Positions 28,212 to 42,000 of a DNA stretch of 64,000 nucleotides are shown in pieces. The position numbers were made by a program, and so were the translations under genes. Source of the stretch: the human T2T-CHM13v2.0 reference genome, Homo sapiens; NCBI RefSeq assembly GCF_009914755.1, contig NC_060947.1; one strand, given 5' to 3'. The notes below the pieces were generated by a model. It worked only from the letters and a program-made list of their open reading frames with translations, did no database searches and was not told the origin of the DNA. Position 1 is the first letter of the stretch. Every line of letters begins with the position of its first letter.

Positions 28212-29133
28212 TCTTTTCAACTTTTAAAATAAAAGTAATACATACATCTGATGATAAAAATGTAAACCATACAGAAAGATTTACAGTAAATCCCTATTCA
28301 TCCCCCCAAATTAAAACACTTTCATGTTTTAATCTACCCTTTCTTTGGCTAGTAATATGTATATACCCAAATTGTGTGCTTATTTTAAAGAACGTTGTTG
28401 AAATTAGTTTTAAAATATATACTACAGTCCCCTTTTCAGGAAACTTATTTGATTTACAAATAAGATGCTTGTCAGAAAAGTTTGAGAACCTGAAATGATA
28501 AGTTGAGATCAACTATATTCTGTTTTTAATTACGTAAACTGAAGAGATTGAGGGTTTTAGTAAGGTTTCTTGTTTGCTTTTAAAGATTTTTTTTGTAATA
28601 TAAATTTATATTGGAAAATAGAAAATTCAGATTATGAATAATGAAGTAAGGAAGAAAATCACCCCTAATCCCAGAGCCCTGAGATGATATCATCCATTTG
28701 GATGTCACAATTTATATATTTCTCTAGACTTACAAAAACATTCAGTGAAGTAGTAAAGTGAATTACTTTAACAGCTAATACTAGAGAGAGTTCTTTTTAG
28801 GAAACGGACTGTATCTGATTAGGTAAATGCCTTAATAAGTACTTGAGGATGAGAATGATGAGGTCCCATGCATGTGATTAGAGGAAGGAAATGAAATAAA
28901 AAAACTATTCTGGGAAAAAAAATAAATAAAGGACAGGGATTCGATGAGAGATAAAGTGAAGAAATTGAAAGTTGAGCAGGCTGGTAGGAAGGTGGCACCT
29001 TCAAGGGAAGGGGGCTGTAAGGAATTCTTTGTGAAAGAATAGGCAGAGGAATTTCAAGAACAAGGGTGTTAAATAGCTGCCCCTGAATTCACTCAAGTCA
29101 TCAGCAACATATCTACAAATGCCTTGGTTGAAA

Positions 29134-29259
29134 ATGTAATCTCCATGAGAGTGGGAAACTCCTCCTTAACAACAATAAACTATCTTAGAATGAACATAAA
29201 GACCCAACCATTAACAAAGTAATTTTTTTAATTCATTCAATATTTGTTGAATGAATAAA
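29134..29259 (+). mobile_element. L2 3' fragment
   Basis: TGTAATCTCCATGAGAGTGGGAA...CAATATTTGTTGAATGAATAAA. Confidence 0.55.
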
Positions 29260-30399
29260 GAAATGGTTTGGGAAAATGAAATAAAGGAATAGTGACCAAG
29301 TTTCAGGAAGAGGAAGAGAAGCACAAGAATTAAAAAGAAGCACAGATTTTGAATCAGAAGTGATCATGAGAATATAAATTGTCAGGAATTCCCAAAAATA
29401 TTGGGGAAATACTAGACTTCCCACAGGACTTGGGATGGCAGATCAACACATTTTTTTTTTTTTTCAAATCCTAAATGCTAGAATGACTTCAACGGACGGC
29501 AAGATCTTTCTTTCTCTGCTTACATGTAATTTAATTTTATAAAATGGTTATCATGCTATCCAATAAATGTTGTAACTTTTTCTTCACTTAGAAACAAGTG
29601 TGGATTTACATTAATTTGAATGGTCTCGTATTTAGTGGATACAAACTATTTAACTTTTTGCTAGTTTTCGACTGTTCACTATAAAAGAGCAATGCTGCAC
29701 TGAACACTCCTGTTAATTAAAATAATCACATAAATATAAAAATAAAAATTTAAACTATTACTGGAAAACAGAAGGATCCCATCAACAGGCAAGAATCGCA
29801 ACATTCCGAAGGGTGTGGTATGGATAGGAGAAGGTCTAGGGCTATATTATTCTGTTGTTCTTCCACATAAGAATGAAAAACCCAGATGAGAGGTAAATAG
29901 ACGGTATCCCTGAGCAGACCTTCTTCGAATTCCCATGACCCCTGTGGAAGTGAATGTAAGTAAGACCCTGGACCTATGGGTCAGTGGGGGAAGGGGACAA
30001 TACAATGATCTGAGAACTACTCCAGCACCAGACCACTAAGTGACAACTGGAGTATTCACTCGCCTACGTAATACCCCTAGCAGGGGCAATGTGCTAAAAA
30101 GAGAGAGGCCAGTGCTGTAACAGGTCATGATAGGCAGCAACGACAATTTTCAAAGAGGTCAGTCTTCAAGCTAACTTTAAGCTACCACCAAAAACGTGGA
30201 GAGAAACTGCTGCGCGCAGCACTATCTGCAGGAATCCTCTCCACGTTTATTTACAACGAACTTGATCCTCAATCTAGCAAAACGAAACTTTAAAAATGTC
30301 AAACTTTCACTTTTCTTTTCAAAAATAAATTATGTGTACTAACTAGCAAAACTCAGTAGCAACTGCATGGTTAGGATGTGAAAACAGAACAATTCACCA

Positions 30400-30880
30400 A
30401 TATGAAATATTCAACAATATGAAAAGATTCAGTAGTCCAGAAGAAAAAGACTAGTTCAAGGAATAAGGGTAGACTTCTACCACTGAAATAGACTTCATCT
30501 ATGGAACTGAAGGAAACATTAGAAAAATTATAATTTGTATTCTTCAAGAGTTTTAAGAGAACATTTTATAGATTAAAACAAAGCAATGAGAAATCACGCA
30601 AGATGGCTTTTACATAAAATATGCAATTACAGAATGAAAAAAAACCAGTACCATCAAGGCAATGAACAGTAGACAGATTATTACAGAAAACGAAATCTGT
30701 AAAATAGAAGAATTTAAAAATTTCTCCTGAAACCCAGAGAAAAGGTTGAAGAGATAGAAACACAATATGCAAAGATGTAAAGGCCGTGAAATTCTTAAGT
30801 ACATAGGATTGGAATTCTTGAAACAGAAAGGAACAAATGAAGGAGAAGCAATAGAGAAATAATAGGAAAAACTCTTTGAG
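30400..30880 (+). mobile_element. ancient L1M/HAL1 ORF1-like relic
   Basis: A-rich sequence with ORF1-like motifs (AAATATGCAATTACAGAATG, GGAATTCTTGAAACAGAAAGG, AGAAATAATAGGAAAAACT); boundaries approximate. Confidence 0.5.
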
Positions 30881-33800
30881 TTTAGGCTAATTAAGTTTTA
30901 GCTAGTTAAATCTTCTTTGGAGAAAAAATACAGGATGTCCATTCATGCTGCTGAAAGGAATACATAGCGTAGCCAGTCTTTTTCTTTTGACATTTGCCAA
31001 ATAGCAAAGAGGAAATCAGCATTTTTTCCCTTGGGCAAAGAGACAGGAAGCCGAAAATATCAGCTGGCACTTGGAAGGACAATCATAGTGATTCCTTGGA
31101 TGACGTGTAAGAAGGAAGATAAAGAAAGATCTGAAAGAAGTATGAATGTCTGAATGGAAGCTTGCTGGTTTCCTGCCAAAGATAAATGTCTCTGAAGATC
31201 ACTGGTCACCTTCAGGCAGAAAACTTGAATTTTAGGCCCCTCCTAAGAAACAAATAGTCCCACAAATGCCTTCTTGGCCAAACCAAACCAAAAACACTGA
31301 CAACAGATGTCACATAATTTCTCACCGTATCTGTATCTATCTATATTGATTATATGTGTGATAACCACAAGCAATGAACCACATTTCCACCCATAAATGC
31401 TTAATTTATGTCACATGCCTCTGTGAATTATATACTATTGGTCATGTAATAACTTCTAAATTCCAACTGAATTTAATTCAATACGTATTAACCATATACT
31501 TAACGGTGTGCCAAACATGTATATGAATTATGTGTTTCATATTCTTTTTTCATATGGAAATCAATGACAGGCTGATCTCAGACAAGTGAAAAGTATCATC
31601 CAGCACCAGCATGAAATCAGATCATTTTACTGTAATTATCACAAGAGTACCACATTAGTTGTCATTCCTGTGAAAGAGTTGGAAATAGTTACTCTCAATC
31701 CTCCCCTATGAAAATGATGAAAAAGCATTTTTAAGTATTCTATTTGAAAGAATGATTTTGCAAATAATAATATTATATGCACCTCCCATACCAACTAAGG
31801 TTCTCTTTCACATTAAGAGCTGGATAAGATCAGCTTGAGATGCCATTCTGCATCATGCCAAAGTCCAAAATGTTCCCCCCAGTTTTATGATTTTCAAAGT
31901 TATGGGTTTGGATGGGGGATAGTGGGAGTGCCACAAAATCCCATGGTGATCAAGGGTTCCCAACCCCTGCTGTATTTAGCCAGTTGATGGATTGCCTCAG
32001 TCTCTTAAGGACACTGTGCCTGTTAACACAGAATGACAACTCACATAGAAAATTTAGCCTCTTCCCTCAAAAAGAGAAAAAAACACCTACTCACACAAAG
32101 CCTACTGCAGCATCTTTCTTCCTAGAGAAACACAGGAAAAGGGACTAGGCTTTCCAGGTCCAGGCGTTTCTTAAGAACTTCCACATCATCTTAGGTCACT
32201 TTCGCTTGCCTGTGGAAGAGGGAGTAAGAAGATGAGAGAGTGAGAGTGGTGGATAATGCACTCAGACAGAAACCCCATGGCTATTCAGCTCCATCTCTCT
32301 CAAGCCCTCATCAGCTGATATCTGCAGGTGCAACTGGGATTACACCTGAGTCAATCTTGACCATTTCTGGTACTTCCCTAAGAGCCCATATTCCCCAGTC
32401 TTGCTGTCCTAGTTGCCCTAATCTGGCAATCATGGCTGTGTCTTGTTCAAGATGTATCAATATTAAACCAAAACATTTCCTTTACACCCTTGCTTGCAGA
32501 GTCCAGTTGGCTTCACTTCCACTTCTTTTCCAGATAAATAATTCATTTTTCTTATTGCATTTGGAGCTTTATCATAATCCACACCTGCTGAGGACCTAAA
32601 AGAATGCAGAGCCTGACCTAGGCTGCTTTTTCTGGAGGCTGAACCCAGCTCTGTACTCTGACCCACCAACCAGCACTATGTCCTCCAGATCTCTTGTTCC
32701 TCACCTGAAAGCCTCCAAGGGCACTAAAGTATTCTGCTTTAGACTCTAAGGGCTGTTTGCTTGGATGGCATGAATGATCTCAATGGTGGGACCTCACAGG
32801 CATTCCATCAACTCACAGCAAATCTCAGACCATGTGTCATAGCCATTGTTCAAAGACTGTAATCCAATAATATTCCCCAAAAGTAATCTAAACTTTGGAT
32901 AATGGTTTTTCAAAGAGGCTGGAAAATAATTTCCCTAAAAGTGCATCTAAATGATGAAGCCTACTCTCCAGACTGGCTGAAATGGATTCTCACTCTGAAT
33001 AATGTTCCCCCAGTAAATCAGAGTGACAGACTACAGTCAGTTTCTCTCACAAACCTCTCCCATCCCCTGATATACTTCAGACCTTACTACAAAACTGATA
33101 CCAGTTTATTGAATGGACTGAAATTGGTAAGGCACAAATAGGAAATGACTTCATTCTTCTTCCAGCACTATTCCCTACCCTGCTTTTATGGATCTCCCTG
33201 CCCCACCACTGAAAGCATAGCTTCCATAGAATTGTTTTTTCCTACATAGTTACACCTACAAAAAGCCTCATGACACGTTTTCAGGGATTTGAATGTCCAT
33301 CCCAGTCCAAATCAAAACTTCAATCTCACTTCCAATACAAAACTTCTATTTCCTGCACTCATCCCCCTCTCCAAGTTCAGGCCTGACCTGTGGCTTAGGC
33401 ACCTGAAACTGAGATGGAGAAGTAGCCTCAGTTATTTGCTTTTCATTTGTTATTTTCCAGTTTTCCCCAGGATCAGGTTGAGAGAGGTGGTTGAGAGAAA
33501 GGAGGAATGACTATTTATTTAGCTGTAAATTCCTTGTGTGGCTAGTGACCCAAATGCTAGTTCCTTTTTGGAAACATTTATAGACTGTTCAGAAAATTGA
33601 CTGTAGGGTCTTCAGCACTACCTGGTTCCTTAAAATGTGAGCAAAGTATACTCTGGCAAAAACATTGTGAACCCACTCAGTTCTTCCCCATGACACTATA
33701 TCCCGGGTCCCATTTCCGTAGAAGACTGTGATAAGAAGCAAGATGGCTCAAGCCTGGCTCCCTTCTATGGCATCTACTAGTTTGGGAAGAATACTCCAAA

Positions 33801-34819
33801 TTCTTGAAATGCCAAGTAGGAAAAGTGAAGGCTGCCCCACTGACACTCTCTTTTCATCCTGCCACTACAAGCAGTGCCAAACAACATTCAGGTGAGAAGC
33901 AAACACAAGTGTCTATGTTCACATTTTTAAAGACACGTATCAAGTTTCCCGAGAATTATTCTATTATGTTTCACTCTGATGTCAACGTGGGGGCAAGGGG
34001 TGATGCTTTTTGTAGCTTAGCAAACATCCAGCCAGGGAATCATATATAAGCCTCCCCAGTTGCAGACAGCCCCAACGGTTCTAAGTGTTTGTCTTAGAGC
34101 CCTTTTCCTGGGCTGAGGATCGAGGAAGGAAAAGTGTAAAACCATACCCCCGCACCAACAGGCCTACCTCTTCCTGCTATTAATTCTCCCCCACTTAAAT
34201 GGATGCACCTAATTTAATGAATTCAGAAATTTCTAGTCTTCTCTCTCTACAGGCTGGTAGCAATGAGCAGGCTTGCAAGACCTGTTAGCCACACTTTGGT
34301 AAGCCTTATGGGAACGTGTCTAGCAAATACTCTTTAGAAGGTGGAGTTATTTATTACCCAATGTCCTCAGATTTGGCGCATTAACCATTAACCAAAAGTT
34401 CTAAAGTCGTACAGAAAAGATCCATTCAACATCCTGTTGCAATAGCAAGAAATGGGAGAAGCATACATAGCAAGGATGTACCATATGTGCATTTAACTTA
34501 AATTGTAAACATGTGGGCTGGGAAGAGAGAAAGAGGGAGGGATGGTGGGTGACAGGGGGAGGAGGAGAGGGAGAGGGAATGAAAGAATGAACAGAAGAAA
34601 ACAAGAATAATTAAAATGATGAGGGTAAATCTTCATGACATTTTACTTCATAAGTAAACTTTGCAAGCCTATGTCCCCAGAATGAACTCAGTAGATGGTG
34701 CACCTGAGTCGAATATTTTCGGAATCTTAGTGCTGTGACTTTTGAAACACGCGTATCTCTCTGTGCAGAGTGTGATTCAAGAGTTTAAAAGATTCTTCAT
34801 TTTTACTCAACATCGTCCC

Positions 34820-35383
34820 TGCAATAGTTAATTTTATGGGTCAACTTCACTGGGCCGTTGGGTGCCCAGGTATTTGGTCCAACACTATTTTGAGTGTGCC
34901 TGTTAGGGTGGTTTGGATGAGATTAACATTTGAATGGCTAGGTTGATGGCCCTTCCTAATGTGGGTGGTCCTCGTGCAATCAGTTAAAGGCCTGAATAAA
35001 ATAAAAGGCCAACCCTTCCTTGAGTGAGAGGGAGTTTCTCCTGCCTTGAGCTGGGACATCTTTGTGTCATGCCTCCAAACTTGATCTAAAACATTATTAG
35101 CTTTTTCTGGATCTCGAGCTTGCTGGCATTCAGACTGGAACTTAACCATCCACCAACTTTCCTGTTTCTCAGGCCATTAGACTCCAGCTGAATCTACATC
35201 ATTGGTTTTCTTGGGTCCCCAGATTGCTGATCGCAGCTCTTGGGACTTGTCAGCCTCTATAATTGCATAAGCCAATTCATTACAATGAATCACAATCTCT
35301 CTCTCTCTCTCTCTCTCTCTGCCTCTGTCTCTCTCACCACCCTATTAGTTTTGTTTATCTGGAGAACCCTGACTACTAATATA
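34820..35383 (+). mobile_element. MLT2 (ERVL) LTR
   Basis: GTTAATTTTATGGGTCAACTT start, internal (CT)n, end TCTGGAGAACCCTGACTA. Confidence 0.85.
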
Positions 35384-35629
35384 GGCCTTAAAGACAAGCC
35401 AATTAATTTATCTGATGACCAAATGAAGAAACAATCCACATCAACACTGAAGGAAAAACTAGCTATGCTGGAATTACTGAAAGACGTGCTGAACTGTACT
35501 TTTGGAGGCAACTTAAGGAGTTTCCAAAGATAATTTAATTTTAGACTTGCTACTTTTCCTCAAATGGTTAAGTTTAATCACTTCTAAAACTTTTTGAACA
35601 TACCAATCTCTCTTGCATGCACGTGGAGG

Positions 35630-35630
<1 letters not shown>

Positions 35631-35678
<48 letters not shown>

Positions 35679-35686
35679 TGTGTGTG
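35631..35686. repeat. (CT)n(GT)n compound microsatellite
   Basis: direct inspection. Confidence 0.9.
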
Positions 35687-35709
35687 GTATATATATCACA
35701 CACACATAT

Positions 35710-35790
35710 AGTCATGTGTTAGTTAACGATGGAGATATGTTCTGAGGAATGCATCCTTAGGGGAGAACATCATAAACTGTCCTTACAAAA
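35710..35790. mobile_element. Tigger3-type terminal fragment
   Basis: AGTCATGTGTTAGTTAACGATGGAGATATGTTCTGAGGAATGCATC. Confidence 0.6.
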
Positions 35791-36062
35791 ACATATTTAA
35801 GATTATATGAAAGCATTTTCTGAAATATGCTTAATTTCTCAGGACAAAATGTTTGATTGCATGGCCAGTTAAGTGAGTTGTTTATCAAAAAAATTTGTAA
35901 TTTCTCGACCTTAGTTCTGAATACACTCTTCTCTCCCTGGGACCTTGAAAATTAATTTGGGAGGTATGTTGTAAAGCTTTAATACTTGGGATATGTTGTT
36001 TCTAAAATAACACAGAGTAGAGATGTAGAGATAGTTTCAATATTATGAGACTTTGAGGATTT

Positions 36063-39000
36063 TCTTATTTAATAAAACTTTGATTTTAGGTTCAGGGGTA
36101 CACATAAAGGTTTGTTATATAGGTAAACTTGCATCATGGGGATTTATTGTACAGATTATTTCGTCACCCAGGTATTAACCCTAGTACCCAACAGATTTTT
36201 TTTTTCTGATCCTCTGCCTCCTCCCACTCTTCACTCTCCAGTAGGCCCCAGTGTGCCTTGTTCCTCTCTATGTGTCCATGTGTTCTCATCATTTAGCTCC
36301 CATTTATAAGTGAGAACATGCAGTGTTTGATATTCTGTTTCCGCATTAGTTTGCTTAGGATGATAGCCTCCAGCTCCATGCATGTTGTCACAAAAGACAT
36401 AATCTTGTTCTTTTATATGGTTGCATAATATTCCATGATATATATGTACCATGTTTTCTTTGTCTAATCTGTCACTGATGGGCATTTAGGTTGATTCCAT
36501 GTCTTTGTTATTGTGAATAGTGCTGCAATGAACATTCACATGCATGTGTCTTTATGGTAGAATGATTTACTTCCTTTGGTTATATACCCAGTAATGGAAT
36601 TGCTGGGTCAAATGGCAATTCGGTTTTCAGCTGTTTGAGGAATCATCACACTACTTTCCACAATGGTTGAACTGATTTACACTCCTAGAAACAGTGTATA
36701 AGTGTTCTCTTTCTCTGCAACATCACCGGCATCTGTTATTTTTTAACTTTTTAATAATAGCCATTCTGACTGGTGTGAGATGATATCTCAGTGTGGTTTT
36801 GATTTGTATTTCTCTAACAATGAGTGATATTGAGCTTTTTTCATATGCTTCTTGGCCACACATGTCTTCTTTTGAAAAGTGTTCATGTCCTTTGCCCACT
36901 TTTTAATGCTTTTTTTCTGCATATCTGTTTAATTATCTTACAATGCTGCATATTCGACTTTTGTCAGATGAATAGTTTGAAAAACAATTCTCCCATTCTG
37001 TAGGTTTTCTATTTACTCTGTTGATAGTTTCTTTTGCTGTGCAGAAGCTCTTTAGTTTAATTAGATCCCATTTGTCAATTTTTGCTTTTCTTGCAGTTTC
37101 TTTTGCTGTCTTTGTCATGAAATCTTTGTCAGTTCCTATGTTCAGAATGGTATTGCCTAGGTTGTCTTCCAGGGTTTTCATAGTTTTGGGTTTTACATTT
37201 AAGTCCTTAATCCATCTCGAGTTTATTTTTGTGTATGTCGTAAGGAAGGGGTCCAGGTTCAATCTTCTGCATATGGCTAGCCAGTTATCCTGGCATTATT
37301 TATTGAATAGGGAGTCTTTTCCCCATTGCGTGTTTTTGTCAGCTTTGTCAAAGATCAGATGGTTGTAGGTGTATGGCCTTATTTCTGGGCTCTCTCTTCT
37401 GTTCCACTGGTCTATGTGTCTGTTTTTGTACCTGTACCATGCTGTTTTGGTTACTATAGCCCTGTAATATAATTTGAAGTTGGGTAATGGGATGCCTCCA
37501 GCTTTGTTCTTTTTGCTTAGGATTGCCTTAGCTATTTGGGATCATTTTGCATTCCATATTAATTTTAAAATAGTTTTTTTCTAGTTCTATGAAGAATGTC
37601 ATTGGTAATATAATAGGAATAGCATTGAATCTGTAAATTGTTTTGGGAAGTATGGCCATTTTAACTATATTGATTCTTCCTATCCACGAGCATGAAATGC
37701 TTTTCCATTTGTTTGTGTCATCTCTGATTTCCTTGAGCAGTATTTTGTAATTGTTATTGTAGAGATCATTTACCTCCCTGGTTAGCTGTATTCCTAGGTG
37801 TTTTATTCTTTTTGTGGCAATTGTGAATGTGATTGCATTCGTCATTTTGCTCTTGGCTTGGCTGTTGTTGGTATATGGGAATGCTAGAGATTTTTCTACG
37901 TTGATTTTGTATCCTGAAACTACTGAAGTTGTTTATCAGCTTAAGAAGCTTTTGTTCTGAGACTATGGATATTTCTAGATATCAAATCATGTCATCTGCA
38001 AACAGGGAAAATTTGACATCCTCTCTTCCTATTTGGATGTCCTTTCTTTCCTTCTCTTATCTGAATACTCTGGCAAGGACTTTCAATATTATCTTGAATA
38101 GGCGTGGTGAGGGAGGGCATCTTTATCTTGTGCTGGTTATCACAAGTAATGCTTCCAACTTTTCCACATTCAGTAAGAAGCCGGCCGTGGGTTTGTCATC
38201 TATGGCTCTTATTATATTGACATATATTTCTTCAATACCTAGTTTATTGAGAGTTTTTAACATGAACGAATGTTGAATTTTATAAAAAAACTTTTGTGAA
38301 TCTATTGAGATAATCATGTAGTTTTTGTCTTTAGTTCTGCTTATGTGATGAATCACATTTATTGGTTTGCATATGTTGAATCAAACTTGGATCCCAGGGA
38401 TAACGCCTACTTGATTGTGGTGGATTAGCTTTTTAACGTGCTGCTGGATTCAGTTTGCTAGCATTATTGGTGAGGATTTTTGCATCAGTGTTCATCAAAG
38501 ATATTGACCTGAAATTTTCTTTTTGTGTGTGTGTCTCTGCTAGATTTTGGTGTCAGGATAATGCTGGCCTCATAAAACGAGATGGGGAGGAGTCCCTCTG
38601 CCTCAATTATTTGGAATGTTTCATAGGAACAGTTCTAACTCTTCTTTGTACATCTGGTAGAATTTGGGTGTCTTTGGTTGATAGGCTATTTATTACAGAT
38701 TCAATTTTGAAGCTTGTTATTGGTATGTTCAGGGATTCAAATTCACCTTGGTTCATTCTTGGGAGGGTGTGTGTACTGTTCAGGAATTTATCCATTTCTT
38801 CCAGGTTTTCTAGTTAGTGTGCATAGCAGTGTTCATAGTAGTTTTTGATGGTTATTTGTATTTTGGTGGGGTCACTGGTAATATCCTCCTTGTTGCTTCT
38901 GATTGTGTTTATTTAGATTTTTTCTCTTTTCTTCTTTATTAGTCTAGCTAGCTGTCTATCTATCTTATTAATTTATTCAAAACACAAACTCCTGACTTGT

Positions 39001-42000
39001 TGACCTTTTGAATGATTTTTCATGTCTTAATCTCCCTCAGTTCAGCTCTGATTTTGGTCATTTTCTCTTGCTAGCTTTGGGGTTGGTTTGCTCTTGCTTT
39101 TCTAGTGTTTTTAGTTGGAATGTTAGCTTGTTAATTTGAGATCTTTCTTACATTTTCATGTGGGTGTCTAGTGGTATAAATTTCCTTTTTAACACTGACT
39201 TAGCTGTGGATGAAAGATTCTGGTATGTTGTATCTTTGTTCTTATTATTTTCAAAGAACTTGATTTCTGCCTTAATTTCATTATTTACCCAAAAGTCATT
39301 CAGGAGCAGATTGTTTAACTTCCATGTAACTATGTGATTTTGAGCTACTTTCTTCGTCTTGATTTCTATTTTTATTGCATTGTGGTCTCAGAGAGTGGTT
39401 GGTAGATTTTGGGTCTTTTTCATTTGCTGAGGATTGTTTTATGTCCAATTATTTAGTCTATTTTAGAGTATTTGCCATGTGACAATGAGAAGAATGTGTC
39501 TTCAGTTGTTTTGGAGTGGAGAGACCTGTAGATGTCTATCAGGTCCATTTAATCCAGTGTTGAGTTCCAGTCCTGAATATCTTTGTTTTCTGCCTTGATG
39601 ATCTCTCTAATACTGTCTGTCATGTGTGGAAGACTCCCACTATTATTGTGTGGGAGTCCAAGTCTCTTTGAAGGTCTCTAAGAACTTGCTTTATCAATAT
39701 GGGTGATCCAGGTGCATATGTATTTAGGATAGTTATGTCTTCTTGTTAAATTGAACCCTTTACCATTGTGTAATAACATTATTTGTCTTCTTTGATCTTT
39801 GTTGGTTTCAAGTCTTTTTCATATGAAATTAAGATTGCAACTCCTGCTTTTTTGTTTTCTGTTTTCTTGGTAGATTTTTCTCCATGCCTTTATTTTGAGC
39901 CTATGAGTGTAACTGCATGTGAGATGGGTGAGAAAAGGCACAGAGTGACAATCTGGATGAAGAAGCAAGGCCCAATGGTATGCTGAGCCTTGCTTCTTTA
40001 TCCAGATTGTCACTCTGTGCTTTTTAATTGGGGGCATTTAGCCCATTTACATTCAAAGTTAATATTAATATGCGCGAAATTGATCCTGTCATCATATGGC
40101 TTGATAGTTATTATGCAGACTTGTTTTTGTGATTGCTTTATAGTGTCACTGTTCTGTGTACTTAAGTGTGCTTTTGTAGTGGCTGGTAATGGTCTTTCCT
40201 TTCCATATTTAGTGCTTCTTTGAGGAGCTCCTGTAAGGCAGGTCTGGTGGTAATTAATTCTCTCAGCATTTTCTTGTCTGTTAAGGCTCTTGTTTCTTCT
40301 TTGCTTTTGAAGCTTAGTTTGGCCGGACATAAAATTCTTGGCTGGAATTCCTTTTCTTTAAGAATGCTGGACACAGGCCCCCAATCTCTTCTGGCTTACA
40401 GGGTTTCTGCTGAGAGGTCTGCTGTTAGTCCAATGGGTTTCCTTTTTTAGGTGACGTCTCCTTTCTCTCTAGATGTCTTCAACATTTTCTTCTTTCATTT
40501 TTACCTTGGAGAATCTGACGATTCTGTGTCTTGGGGATCATCTTCTTGTAAAGTATCTCGCAAGGGTTCTCTGCATTTCCTGAATTTGAATATTGGCCTC
40601 TCTAGCTAGGTTGGGGAAGTTGTCAAAGATGATATTCTGAAATGTTTTCCAAGTTGCTTCCATTCTCCCCATCTCTTTCAGGGACATCAATGAGTCATAG
40701 GTTTGCTTTCTTTACATAATCTCATATTTCTCAGAGATTTTGTTCATTCCTTTTCATTCTCTATTTTTTATTCTTGTCTGACTGCCTTATTTCAGAAAGC
40801 CACTCTTTAAGTTCTGAGATTCTTTCCCCAGTTTGATCTATTCTATTGTTAATATTTGTGATCACATTTTAAAATTCTGGTAGTGTGTTTCTATCAGGGC
40901 AGTTACATTCTTTTCTATACTGGCTATTTTGTCTGCCAGTTATTGTATCATTTTATTGTGATTCTTATCTTCCTTAGACTGGGTTTCAACCTTCTCCTGA
41001 ATCTTGATGATCTTTGTTCTTATCTATTTTCTGAATTCTATTTCTGTCAGTTCAGATATCTCAGCCTGGTTAAGAACTCTTGCTGGAGAACTAGTGTCAT
41101 TGTTTGGAGGAAAGAAGGCACTCTGGCTTTTTGAGGTGTCAGAATTCTTGCGCTGGTTCTTTCTCATCTTTGTGGACTGATGTTCTTTCAATCTTTGAAG
41201 TTGCTCTCATTTGGATGTTTTTTCTTTGTAATTCTATTTGATGACCTTGGGAGTCTGAGTGTGTTATAAGGTGGGTTTAGTTGACTGGCTTCATTTCTGG
41301 AAGTTTTTAGGGGGGCAAGGCTCAGCTCAGGACTCCTAGACTGCACGCTCTATCTATGGGGAAGTTGTTTTGGGCCCCGGCTTTGTTCTCTGGGTCCTCG
41401 ATGTTAAGAACCTACTGTGCTTGAGGGGTCAAGGTGTTTGCGGACCACTGGTCACAACACTTCAAGTGGGTGGTGCCAGCCAAAGCATTTGGTAGGGGAG
41501 TGACAGAAGGATACATTCTTGTTTGCACATGTCAGCAGCAGTGGCAGTAGCAGTGCAGTGGGGTGCCCGTTTGTCAGCAGTGGCAGGATGCTAGTGGGTG
41601 CCAGGCTGGCAGCCTCTATGTGGGCATTTGCAGCAGTAGCAGGGGGAGCCTGGCTCTAGGGGGAAGGGGGACCATGCTGGCAACTATGCATGTTTTCATG
41701 CTGGTGGTGGTGTTAGCATGGGGGCAGTGCACTGGTGGGCACAGGACTGTGTGCACCCTCTGTGCACGTTCATCTGGGTGATGATGGCTGCTCAGGCCGG
41801 GGGCAAGTCTGCTGTTTCCTGTGCCTAGTTTTGTACCCACGGCAGTATTGGTGCAGGAACAGGGTACCTGTGGGTCCTGTTCCCTCCAACACTCGAATGG
41901 CAATAGCAGTGTGGTGGGGAAAGGGGAGTTGAGGTGCACTCATGCTGGCAGCAGTGACACACCAGCGTGCACATGCGCATGCGTGCTGGCAGGGAAGGAG

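Noticed and set aside
27896-28498. 200-aa plus-strand ORF
   Set aside because: Runs from antisense LTR17 into AT-rich sequence and through a 26-bp duplication; no recognisable domain
36231-40374. L1 ORF1/ORF2 peptides as functional CDS
   Set aside because: Fragmented by stops and frameshifts; annotated as part of the dead L1
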